Assembly (NCBI GenBank): GCA_963667765.2
Contig: CAXXON010000001.1
Coordinates: 1,151,722 to 1,215,721 of the forward strand
From: Dehalococcoidia bacterium
GTDB lineage: Bacteria; Chloroflexota; Dehalococcoidia; Lucifugimonadales; UBA3495
Direction of reading: 5' to 3'
DNA: 64,000 bases
Part shown: positions 45,707 through 55,113 of the stretch, piece by piece
Position numbering within the stretch: position 1 is the stretch's first letter
How the letters are laid out: each line of letters opens with the position of its first letter
Position numbers and translations under genes: made by a program
Notes under the pieces: model-generated
What the model saw: only the letters and a program-made list of their open reading frames with translations
Told to the model about the DNA's origin: nothing
The model's database searches: none

Positions 45707-48700
45707 GCTCCCTCTCCTGACTGCTTGTCACGGGTTTTCTGCTCGTCTTCGCTGCAGCGGTGGTCGGCCAGACGCATCAGCGCCTCCAGCCAAGCGAGGC
45801 CCCACCACCCGTACCGGCGGACCAGCCGCCAGAAGCGTTCCGGCACGCCGCTGTCCAGCCGTTCGAGCCCGGTGGCGCTGCAGGCCGACATGTGATGGCC
45901 AAAGGTTGCGTGTTCCACGTGGACCGGTTCATCGTCCGACACCACCGGAGCGAAGGGGCGGCAGAACCCGTGGTGGCTGGCCACCAGGTGAAGCACCAGT
46001 TCTGGGTCGTGGGCCGACCGCAGCATACCGGGGACGCTCTCAATCAGCCGGACGGAGAGGAGCTCGTGTCGGCCTGCCACGGGATACCCGCTCTCCCGGC
46101 GGGCACGCCGTACTTCTCCCCGGCCGGTGGGCAGGGCGTCAGATTTTGCGAGGAGCAAACCGGCGGTCCGGGCCGTCCACGGATTGCCGCCGTAGAGCAT
46201 GGCCTGGAACCTGGGGTCTGATTTGCCCACATCGTGCAGACGGGCGGCAAGAGCCAGATCATCAGTCAGGAAAGCCGGGAGGCCGGCTCCCGCTGCGAAG
46301 TTCCTGGTCCACTCTTCAACGCCATGCAGGTGATCTTCCAAGGGCACCCGCACCGTGGCCGAATAGGAATCGTCCTCGCTGGTGGGAGTTGAGGCCGAGA
46401 CCAGGTACTGCTGTACACGGCGGGATCCCTGTAGCACGAAACCCGCACCGGTCTCCTCATCATCGCGACCGGGATAGGGAGTCACCCTGGGACGGCGACG
46501 GCTACCGTATTCCCCGGCCAGGGCGTGGGCTGCGTCCTTCAGCCACTGCCATTGGGGTGCGGCGTCAATTTCCGAAGCCAGCCTTTCGAAGGCTGCCGGG
46601 ATTTCCGACTCCAGTTCCTCCCAGTCCTCGGAGGAGGCCCGGGTCCGGGCAGCCTTTTCGAAGAACGTCCGCGCCGGCACTTCCGGCCATTGTGCCACCG
46701 TTCGGGAGTGGATGCGCAGGAGCGGTTTGGCCTTGGCCTGAAGGTGGGCTCGGTCCCCGAGGTCGATGACCGGCTCGCCGTTGTCGGGGCCTGGTGGTAT
46801 GTGCCCGAAGACCTCGAAGCCCCCCTGATCAGCGGGAATTACGACGGTATCGCCGGGGCGCAGGTCTCTGAGTTCCGTTTGACCGACGATAAGATAGCTC
46901 TCTTCCGGTCCGCGCCAGCACAGGACCTTGCGTCGGACCTGGCGGTCATTCCTCGGATCTCCTTCGGTGGGAGCAGGGTTGCCCTCCAGGTCGCTGTCGT
47001 CGACACTGGAGTTGATCCCGGATCCTTCGAACCAGCGACGAAGGACGTGAATGGGCGTCGCGATGCACTCCGAGGATACGGGCGGGCAGAGGCTCACGAC
47101 GTCGACCTGCCGGCCTTCGTTCATGTCTCCCTGTAGATCGGCCCGCCAGCAGACCTGCGCCTCCGGCGCGCCGCGGTGTGGGCCGTGCAGAAACAGGGAA
47201 ATTTCCGGATCAGGCGACGGTGCGGGCGAGGTCTGCACCCAGGCGTCGACGTGGGCCGGCAGCATCACTGGGGCGTCCGCCGCCCGCTGCCGCAGCCTGT
47301 CCAGCTCCTCCGGATCATCGGGAAGGGTCTCGTCCATGGCGGCGTATCCGAAGTCGAACCAGCCCCCATCGGCTCTCTCCTTGAGCCACTGCCACGTCTC
47401 CGCCAGGGCCGTGCCGTAAATTGGATCGTCACCCGTTCTGGTCTTGGGATCGGTCTGGTCAGCCCGAACGACGATTGTGGCCCGCGCTTCTACGTTGTCC
47501 CGCCCACCCCGGTTCAAGCGTCCGAAGCGTTGCCGCAGGGCGTCGAGACTGGCGCACTCGGTGACCAGGCCGTCGAAGTCCAGGTCTGCGCCAACCTCCA
47601 GGCACTGTGTGGCGACGACGAAACGTGGAAGTCCATTCCCTGGGTCCGGTTCTGCCGGATGGCCCTTCGCGGGCTGCGACACCACCTTCTGCCGGGATCC
47701 GGTCTTCAGGGACTCGAGATGCCGTACAGTGTCGTCCCGGTCAAGTGCCCTCATCCGTCCGGTGAGCAGGATGGCGTCCTGTCCGGCAGCGGCCAACCGT
47801 TTATGGACCAGGCGCGCCGTGGCAACCCTGTTGACCATTATCCCTATGGCCCGGCGCTGGTCATTCACCAGCTTTACGGCTTCCTCCGCGATCCGCACAG
47901 ACAGGTGCTGCAGTACGTCATCGCCTCTGGTGTCCCCGGCAACGACCAGGCTGGTCGGCTTGGCAGCCTTTATGCGGAGGCCCAGGACCGGGTGGTTGTA
48001 GTCTTCGGCCGCGGCGGTGAAGGTTCCACTGACGCCCGGTGGGGGGGTGGCTGACACCAGTGTCAGGTGGAAGGGAACGCTGCCGGGCTGTAGAGCCCAA
48101 CTGCGATACCGCTGCACTGCGGTCACAGTCTGGCGGAAGGGATTGGCGCAGTGGGCTTCGTCCAGGAATACCAGTGCATCGTTGGCGGCAAGCCCGGCAT
48201 GTACGGGCCGCATGCCAGTGCTGGTCCCGTAGCCGCGGAACAACAGCCTGGAGGCGAACTGGTCAACCGTGGTGACAACCACGGTGGGCTGAAGGGGCGA
48301 CCGGGCCCAGGCGTCATCGCGGTACATCCCGCCGCGGAGTTGAAAGCACGCCAGTGGAGGCTCGTCGGGGCTGGGATCCCCGGCCAGCAGCCGCAGCCGG
48401 CCAGCCACCTCCTCCAGGATTCCGCCCTGGGCTTGATGCAATTGACGCGCCAGTTCCCGGGACCGCTCGAAGGTGGCATCGACTATCACGCGGCGGTCCA
48501 CCACGAAGAATATGCGGCGGGGAGCTGTGCGATCAGCCGGGAGAAGGTCAGCCTGGCAGGCCAGGGCGAAGACCGCCATGTCAATGCAGGCGGTCTTGCC
48601 GGCTGACGTGGGCAGCGCCAGTGCCTCCGGCCAGGGGGCGACGCCCCCTCGAGCATCTGCGACCCGGCGGGCCAGCCGTTCCTGCCAGGGGAATGGTCCA

Positions 48701-48756
48701 TATCCGTATAGGGCCTGGAAGAAATCGGCAAACTGTCCTGAAGTCAACTCGCTCAT
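45703..48756 (-). CDS. cas3: Cas3 helicase with C-terminal HD nuclease domain (type I-G architecture)
   Basis: Motif I LPTSAGKTA, motif II VFLDEAH, and a C-terminal HD region HLHGVEEW...AARLHDVGKSDPRFQ. ATG 48756 (MSELTSGQF) overlaps the csb2 TAA by 1 nt. An upstream alternative start lies at 48777. Confidence 0.93.
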   Translation of the reverse strand: MSELTSGQFADFFQALYGYGPFPWQERLARRVADARGGVAPWPEALALPTSAGKTACIDMAVFALACQADLLPADRTAPRRIFFVVDRRVIVDATFERSRELARQLHQAQGGILEEVAGRLRLLAGDPSPDEPPLACFQLRGGMYRDDAWARSPLQPTVVVTTVDQFASRLLFRGYGTSTGMRPVHAGLAANDALVFLDEAHCANPFRQTVTAVQRYRSWALQPGSVPFHLTLVSATPPPGVSGTFTAAAEDYNHPVLGLRIKAAKPTSLVVAGDTRGDDVLQHLSVRIAEEAVKLVNDQRRAIGIMVNRVATARLVHKRLAAAGQDAILLTGRMRALDRDDTVRHLESLKTGSRQKVVSQPAKGHPAEPDPGNGLPRFVVATQCLEVGADLDFDGLVTECASLDALRQRFGRLNRGGRDNVEARATIVVRADQTDPKTRTGDDPIYGTALAETWQWLKERADGGWFDFGYAAMDETLPDDPEELDRLRQRAADAPVMLPAHVDAWVQTSPAPSPDPEISLFLHGPHRGAPEAQVCWRADLQGDMNEGRQVDVVSLCPPVSSECIATPIHVLRRWFEGSGINSSVDDSDLEGNPAPTEGDPRNDRQVRRKVLCWRGPEESYLIVGQTELRDLRPGDTVVIPADQGGFEVFGHIPPGPDNGEPVIDLGDRAHLQAKAKPLLRIHSRTVAQWPEVPARTFFEKAARTRASSEDWEELESEIPAAFERLASEIDAAPQWQWLKDAAHALAGEYGSRRRPRVTPYPGRDDEETGAGFVLQGSRRVQQYLVSASTPTSEDDSYSATVRVPLEDHLHGVEEWTRNFAAGAGLPAFLTDDLALAARLHDVGKSDPRFQAMLYGGNPWTARTAGLLLAKSDALPTGRGEVRRARRESGYPVAGRHELLSVRLIESVPGMLRSAHDPELVLHLVASHHGFCRPFAPVVSDDEPVHVEHATFGHHMSACSATGLERLDSGVPERFWRLVRRYGWWGLAWLEALMRLADHRCSEDEQKTRDKQSGEGA

Positions 48757-50215
48757 TACGGGTAGCCCCCTTCCCACCGGAGTGGCCGAAACATCCCATA
48801 GCCCCGGTAACGGCCAGCCCCCAGGATGACCGGGCCGGCCACCGGCTCGGCGAAGGTGACCACCGCATGCAGATGCTGCAGCCGTCCGTTGTCGGGCTTG
48901 CGGCGTATGCAGGGGAACGACCGGCTGTGGGGAACGCCCAGATGCAGGCTCACCTGACTGAGCATCACGTCCAGGGGGCGTGGCAGGCCAATCCTATCGC
49001 AGGCTTCCTCCACCATTCGGACTGCCTTGCCCTCTTGGTCGGGGGCCTTGGGATGGCGGTCGAAGGCGATGGGGGTAACCGTGGCCCACCTGCGGGCGGG
49101 GCCAGTCCATGTCCGGGCCTGCAGGGCGGCCGTTGGCGAGTGCCCCTCATCCATCTGCAGACGCCAGTCGAAGTTGGCTCCGTCGTAGACATGGACCTGG
49201 CGTGGGGATCCGTCTGTTTCTAAGCCCAGGACCGGGTTGAGGCACCGACCCACTTCGGCCTGCTCAACGTGCCTCGGTACGGCCAGGGCGAAGCCAAGCA
49301 GGTGGCCGTCGGCGTGTTGACTGCCGACAAAAGGTAGGGGCAGATAGGCGAGATGGGGCATCTGGGAGGGCCAACCGTCCCCGGTATGGCCACTGACCCA
49401 TTCCGGGACCGGTTCGGGGCAGTGCTTGACCACCGCGTTGCGCAATTTCTCGCCGAGCATCAATGTGCTTTCCAGGCCCATCCTCCTTCCCTGTACCCGT
49501 CTCAGCGCCAGCAGGCGTTCGTGAAAGACGCCGTGAGGCGTCGGCGGCGGGTTTTCCGGTTGTGGCGGCGAGTAGGCGACCCACCGTGATCGCTCGGGTC
49601 TACGATTGCTCTGGTGCTGGGCCGTCAGGTGATCCAGCCGGCCGGGACCGGATACCCGCAGCGGACGCTGGGCCACTCCTTCATCCGGTACCAGGTCGGG
49701 CTGGGGTGGGGCGTCTTCCACCCAGGCCTGGACCAGAGAAGCCGAGTGCCCCACCCGGATTACCTTGCTGCAGAGGGACTCCAGTCCACTCCGAACCCCG
49801 GACGGAGGGTCGGATGGCCAAGCCAGGTACACCGTGGGGTCCCGAGGAATGGCCACCGGAAACTGCCGGGCCTGCCGGGAGCGGTTCTCAGGAAGAAGTT
49901 GCAGTCCGGCGCGAACCTGCTGAGCCGAAGGTGTCCTGCCTGCCCTGCGATTGAGGGTGGGAGAGTCATTGACCGGAACGTAAGTGGTCACCGTCTCTCG
50001 TCGCGTTGCTTCGCTGGCGTGGATACTGGGAGCTCCCTCCTGTTCCAGCCACAGTAAAGCCTCCATTTCCGTGTCGTCGCCATTGGTCTCGAAATGGGCG
50101 TCGGCCAGTGCCATGAAGATGCGGTCCGGATGGGGCGGCCACTCGGGGCGGTTCCGGTCGGCGGAGTCGGTGGCCATTGACCACCCGGTAAGGTAGCGTA
50201 TGCCGATGGCAATCA

Positions 50216-50216
<1 letters not shown>
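48756..50216 (-). CDS. csb2: Csb2 (Cas5/Cas6-like fusion of type I-G)
   Basis: MIAIGIRYLTGWSMAT...RPEWPPHPDRIFMALADAH is the characteristic Csb2/GSU0054-family N-terminus. Confidence 0.8.
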
Positions 50217-51412
<1,196 letters not shown>

Positions 51413-51452
51413 GGCGTCAATCCTCCATTTGTTAGAATCGGTTTCGGCAGCA

Positions 51453-51629
51453 TCAGGCTGTGCGGGTGTGTGGCAGTAATCTAGGACGAACGCCGCCCGT
51501 TCTCAGGAATTTGACATGGGCTATGAGGGCGTCCAGATCCGTGCAGGACATCCGACCGGAAGCAGCGGCTTTCAGCAACAGTTCGTCGGCGACATCGTTC
51601 GTGGGAGGATGGGGAGGGGGCGGGTTCAT
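51453..51629 (-). CDS. possible 58-aa ORF between the predicted promoter and csb1
   Basis: Own translation MNPPPPHPPTNDVADELLLKAAASGRMSCTDLDALIAHVKFLRTGGVRPRLLPHTRTA*. The RBS is weak and there is no homolog in memory. It may simply be 5'-UTR. Confidence 0.2.
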   Translation of the reverse strand: MNPPPPHPPTNDVADELLLKAAASGRMSCTDLDALIAHVKFLRTGGVRPRLLPHTRTA

Positions 51630-51705
51630 TGTTCAACTTCTTGCTACCCATTGCTACCCAACAAATCTACAAGTATTATAATAAATTCCTATGAACTGAT
51701 TTCAA

Positions 51706-51733
51706 TCTATATGATACCCACGACTCATGTCAA
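51706..51733 (-). promoter_or_regulatory. predicted sigma70-type promoter facing the cas operon
   Basis: The minus strand reads TTGACA (51733-51728), then 16 nt, then TATAGA (51711-51706). It lies in the AT-rich gap upstream of csb1. Not experimentally supported. Confidence 0.4.
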
Positions 51734-51772
51734 CCTCGCTGTAGTACTATATGCCTCAATGTCGTCTTAGCA

Positions 51773-51867
51773 TTTCCGCTGCGGCCCAATTGAAGGATAG
51801 GCATTTAGTATTAGACGCACAGTTCCTAGTGCGTTTCCATCGCCGAAAGGCGGTGGCCCCATTGGCG
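51773..51867 (+). CRISPR. one-spacer mini-array (degenerate repeat - 37-nt spacer - near-perfect repeat), divergent from the cas operon
   Basis: psi-R1 is TTTCCGCTGCGGCCCAATTGAAGG (51773-51796). It keeps the 5' TTTCC and 12/14 of the 3' end, including the handle ATTGAAGG. The repeat copy at 51834-51864 is identical to the array repeat over 31 nt and then diverges (GCGA instead of AAGC). Both read in repeat orientation on the plus strand. Confidence 0.75.
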
Positions 51868-52149
51868 ATCAGTCTCAGAGCACACCTTGCCTTGGAAAGG
51901 CGCTCGACAAAAATATTCCTGCTCGCTCCGCTTTGGCAGCGGTGCCGGCGCACTTGGGGATTCTGTTTAGTGGCCCTAAAATTCGCGGGGCACACCCGCA
52001 TTCCCCACGGTAAAGGCGTTCATTGGGATTTCGGTGAATTTCGCCACTTCTTTGCCATGATCACACATTGTGTTCGGGGTTAGGCCGAGAAGAAAATCTC
52101 GGAAATGGGAACCTCATCGTCATTCTTCTCGCGCCCGATTAGCTCCGCT

Positions 52150-52314
52150 GGTAAATGTAGGCTTATGCCATATGCTGGGACTGAGGTGGAGTTCATTATT
52201 CGGACAGGCTGGGAGGCTGGATTGCGCAAGGTCGAGTTTACCTTGATCATTAAACGACCTCACAACCCCATCCACATCTCAAATACGGTACTGCCTACCG
52301 TCAAGTCAGGCCCA
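52150..52314 (+). pseudogene. possible 3'-terminal remnant of a plus-strand LSR gene abutting rec3
   Basis: The plus-strand frame reads ...RKVEFTLIIKRPHNPIHISNTVLPTVKSGPP, which resembles the ...YTIP....VLSTVKSGGP end of rec2. GTCAAGTCAGGCCCACCA matches rec1 7121-7138 in 17 of 18 nt, in the same orientation. Confidence 0.3.
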
Positions 52315-53894
52315 CCACCATGTCCAATACTGCGAACTCCGCCATTCAAGGCGATTTCGGCGGCGTCCGCTCCCCCTATGGGACTATCTTCCGGCGTGGG
52401 GATCGTATAGACAATCGTCGCTCCGCCGGGCCTCACCAGCACCTCCTTGACGAATGACCGCACGAAGGCTTTGGTCTCGGTCAGTTCGCTGGTCTTGAGG
52501 AACTCGCTCATGTCCTGGGCGAAGGCTGCGATGATGTCGGCGCTATCCAGCAGTTCCCGACGCTGGGACAGGACGGCCCGGGCTTCCTCGGCGGCGGCTT
52601 CCAGCTGCTCCCGGCGGTGGCGGTGCTCCAGGATGCGTTCCGAGGCGTCGGCCATGTCCAGGTCGGTGCTCTCCACGAAATGCCAGATGCGGTCCAGCTT
52701 CCGCTTGACCTCTTCCAGCTCGGCCTCGATGGTCTCCAGGTGTTGCCGCTGTTCACGGGCCAGCCCGTCCATCTCCTCGTCCACCAGCCTAACTAAGTCG
52801 CGGACGCTGGACTCGGTGAGGATATTGTCCCGGAGGTTGGAGACGATGATCTCCTCGAAGTTCCTGGCGTTGAGCCTGGGGGTGTCGCAGGTCCCGCTGC
52901 CCTGCTTGAGCAGGGACTGGCAGACGTAGTAGGTGTACTTCCCGCTCTTGGCTTCGGATGCGGTAAGGGCCTTGCCGCAAGTCTCGCACCTGGCCAGGCC
53001 GCTGAGCAGGTAGGGGCTGGCGGCGCGGCGGGGGTGGGTGACCTTGGGCGCCCTGGCTTCCAGCAGCTTCCTGACCCGCTGGAACTCCTGCTGGGAGACA
53101 ATGGCGGGGAAGGCGTTCTCCACCCGCACCGGCTCCTGTCCGTCCCTTGCCTTCTGACCCCAGACCAAAGTGCCGGTGTAGGCTTCGTTGGTGAGGAGCT
53201 TGTGGACGGTGGTCTTGCGCCACTGCTTGCCGTTGGGGGAGGGAATGCCCTCGCTGTTCAGGGTCTTGAGGATGTCCAGGGAGGTCTTGCCCTGTAGGGT
53301 CAGGTCGAAGATGCGGCGGACCACGGCGTCGTGGGGCGGGTTGAGTTCCAGGCGGGGGCGCTTCTTGGCCCCGTCCTGGACATAGACCCGCTGGTAGCCG
53401 TAAGGGGCGCTGGCGTTCATCCAGAAGCCCCGGGAGGCGGCCTCGCGCATCCCCCGCGTCACCTCTTGCGCAAGATTCTCCGAGTAAAATTCGTCCACGG
53501 ACTCGATGATGGCCTCCATGAGCTTGCCGGTGGGGGTGTCGTCGGCGTGCTCGGTGATGGAGACGACGCGAATGCCTTTCTTGCGGAGCATGGACTTGAA
53601 GGCCACGGCGTGCTCCCGCTTGCGGGTGAACCTCGAAAACTTCCAGACCAAGATTTCCTGGAAGGGAGAGTCGGGCTTGGATGCCTCGTCCAGCATCTTA
53701 CGGAACTGGGGCCTATCGGCGATCCTGCCACTCTCGGCCTCGTCGATGTACTCGCGGACGACCAGGTAGCCGTTCTTCTCGGCGTAGTCCCTGAGCGCCC
53801 GGAGCTGGGCGGCCACGGAGAGGTCCACGTCCTGCCGGTCGCTGGACACCCGGGCGTACAAAGCCACCGGGGCCAGGTCGGTGTTCTTACTCAT
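52260..53894 (-). CDS. large serine recombinase (rec3)
   Basis: MSKNTDLAPVALYARVSSDRQDVDLSVAAQLRAL plus recombinase, zinc-ribbon (CETCGK...YYVCQS...GTC) and coiled-coil regions. ATG 53894 overlaps the RHH stop (ATGAGTAA). Confidence 0.92.
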   Translation of the reverse strand: MSKNTDLAPVALYARVSSDRQDVDLSVAAQLRALRDYAEKNGYLVVREYIDEAESGRIADRPQFRKMLDEASKPDSPFQEILVWKFSRFTRKREHAVAFKSMLRKKGIRVVSITEHADDTPTGKLMEAIIESVDEFYSENLAQEVTRGMREAASRGFWMNASAPYGYQRVYVQDGAKKRPRLELNPPHDAVVRRIFDLTLQGKTSLDILKTLNSEGIPSPNGKQWRKTTVHKLLTNEAYTGTLVWGQKARDGQEPVRVENAFPAIVSQQEFQRVRKLLEARAPKVTHPRRAASPYLLSGLARCETCGKALTASEAKSGKYTYYVCQSLLKQGSGTCDTPRLNARNFEEIIVSNLRDNILTESSVRDLVRLVDEEMDGLAREQRQHLETIEAELEEVKRKLDRIWHFVESTDLDMADASERILEHRHRREQLEAAAEEARAVLSQRRELLDSADIIAAFAQDMSEFLKTSELTETKAFVRSFVKEVLVRPGGATIVYTIPTPEDSPIGGADAAEIALNGGVRSIGHGGGPDLTVGSTVFEMWMGL

Positions 53895-54117
53895 CGCTGT
53901 GTCCTCCTTGATCATCTTCCCGGTCAGCCCGTCGGGAGCGCAGCCTTTCCAGGCGTTGCTCACGGCGCAGTTCTCTTTCTTCCATGTACAGGCGGAGGGC
54001 TTCCCGCACCAACTCGCTCATGTCGCGGCCCTCCTCGTCCTTCACGCGCTGCACCTGGTCGAACATCTCCGGGGGCAGGGAGAAGGTGATGGTCCTGGAT
54101 TTCCGGCGTGGGGGCAT
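53887..54117 (-). CDS. ribbon-helix-helix protein coupled to rec3
   Basis: MPPRRKSRTITFSLPPEMFDQVQRVKDEEGRDMSELVREALRLYMEERELRREQ... This is the intact reference copy of the RHH family. Confidence 0.8.
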   Translation of the reverse strand: MPPRRKSRTITFSLPPEMFDQVQRVKDEEGRDMSELVREALRLYMEERELRREQRLERLRSRRADREDDQGGHSDE

Positions 54118-54148
54118 GTTCTCTCTTTTTGCCAGCTGTGATAATAGG

Positions 54149-54160
54149 TTGTCTTACTAT
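54149..54160 (-). promoter_or_regulatory. conserved TTGTCTTACTAT motif (RHH-LSR promoter/operator)
   Basis: On the gene strand: CTGATAATAATAGTAAGACAACCTATTAT. The motif fills the spacer between a -35-like CTGATA and a -10-like TATTAT, 23 nt upstream of the RHH ATG. Confidence 0.45.
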
Positions 54161-54186
54161 TATTATCAGCCGTCCGGCCCGGTCCG

Positions 54187-55113
54187 TCAAGGCGCGGCGG
54201 TCACCACCCTGGCGTGGTTACGGGGATAGTGCCGCCAATCCCGCCGGCCCAACTGCGGCTCCAGGACGCTGCGATGTTCCCAGGGCGCCGCCACGACGAT
54301 CACCTTGGCCAGGCGACCCTTCCACAGGATGGGCGTGGCCATGGCGACGATGCCGTCTCCCTCGGCGTACTCCGGCCGGCCGCTGTGGGCCGCTGCCTCG
54401 GCCAACGATCCTTCGGGGACGGGACGGCGCGGGTTGGGCATTCCGCCCCGCCATCCGCCCAGCAGCCGGGACCGGCGGGGCCGGAAGCCCGCCGTCCGCT
54501 TCACCACCTTGGCCCACAGCACGGGCGGCTCGGTCCAGCCCGCCGGGTCGCCCCGCTCCTCCCGCTCGTACAGGACCACCATCAGGGGTTGGTCCCGCAG
54601 CACCTCGGCCAGCCGCAGGGCTGCCGAGGCGTAGGAACAGCCGAACTGGTCGTGGAGTACCGCCACGTCCAGCCCGCTGGCCCGGGCGTAGGGGATGAAG
54701 ATGTCCGGCTGCATCAGCACCGCCGCCGCGAAGCGTTCCGCCTGGGGGCACACGCTCCGGTCCCACGGGCCGTTGGAATCGGTTTCAGCCATGTTCTCCA
54801 GGACGATCTCGTACAGCTCGTGGAGCACGGTCTGGGTCTTGGCGCCCTCCCACAGGTCCTCCCGGTGGTAGATGTGGTACTCGCCCCCGGGCTGGCCCAC
54901 GTGGGCGCCCTTCAACCCATCCATCTGTTCCTCCCGCACTTCGCCGAACCCGGCTCGCTGCGCCAGACAGGTCAGCTCCTCCAGGGTGGGACGGGCCGAC
55001 AGCCCGAAATAGTCCACGAAACGGGCGGCCACCTTCTCCGGGTCCAGGGCCTGCCGGCAGGGGTCGTCGTCCAGCAGGTGGCGGCAGAAGCCGCCCAGGG
55101 TCTTCGTCATCAT
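54187..55113 (-). CDS. ImmA/IrrE-like (DUF955) domain protein; metal-binding motif not intact
   Basis: The gene overlaps the stop of an XRE-type HTH gene, which is the ImmR/ImmA arrangement. The expected HExxH position reads VLHELYEIV (HELYE), so peptidase activity is doubtful. Confidence 0.35.
   Translation of the reverse strand: MMTKTLGGFCRHLLDDDPCRQALDPEKVAARFVDYFGLSARPTLEELTCLAQRAGFGEVREEQMDGLKGAHVGQPGGEYHIYHREDLWEGAKTQTVLHELYEIVLENMAETDSNGPWDRSVCPQAERFAAAVLMQPDIFIPYARASGLDVAVLHDQFGCSYASAALRLAEVLRDQPLMVVLYEREERGDPAGWTEPPVLWAKVVKRTAGFRPRRSRLLGGWRGGMPNPRRPVPEGSLAEAAAHSGRPEYAEGDGIVAMATPILWKGRLAKVIVVAAPWEHRSVLEPQLGRRDWRHYPRNHARVVTAAP

Noticed and set aside
46391-46403. A 13-nt match between the duplicated spacer (rc CCAGGTACTGCTG) and the cas3 coding sequence, considered as possible self-targeting.
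   Set aside because: The match does not extend on either side. About one or two such 13-mers are expected by chance for 38 spacers against 128 kb. I could not check all spacers exhaustively by eye.
45339-46769. 476-aa Pro/Arg/Gly-rich ORF, and similar long ORFs (1071-2258, 42884-44401, 47176-48054, 54214-55239, 56193-57428, 60749-62356, 62677-63420).
   Set aside because: All lie antisense to, or out of frame with, genes that have clear family motifs (cas3/csb3, istA, cas4-cas1, the HTH array, replication-relaxation, T4CP). Long stop-free alternative frames are expected at this GC content.
52105-52410. 101-aa plus-strand ORF ending in ...PPMGLSSGVGIV, the same ending as rec1 (...PPIGLSWGVGIV).
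   Set aside because: The shared ending is the antisense reading of the conserved YTIPTP.DSPIGG block of the minus-strand recombinases, not a protein motif. Only its first part is kept, as a possible LSR remnant at low confidence.
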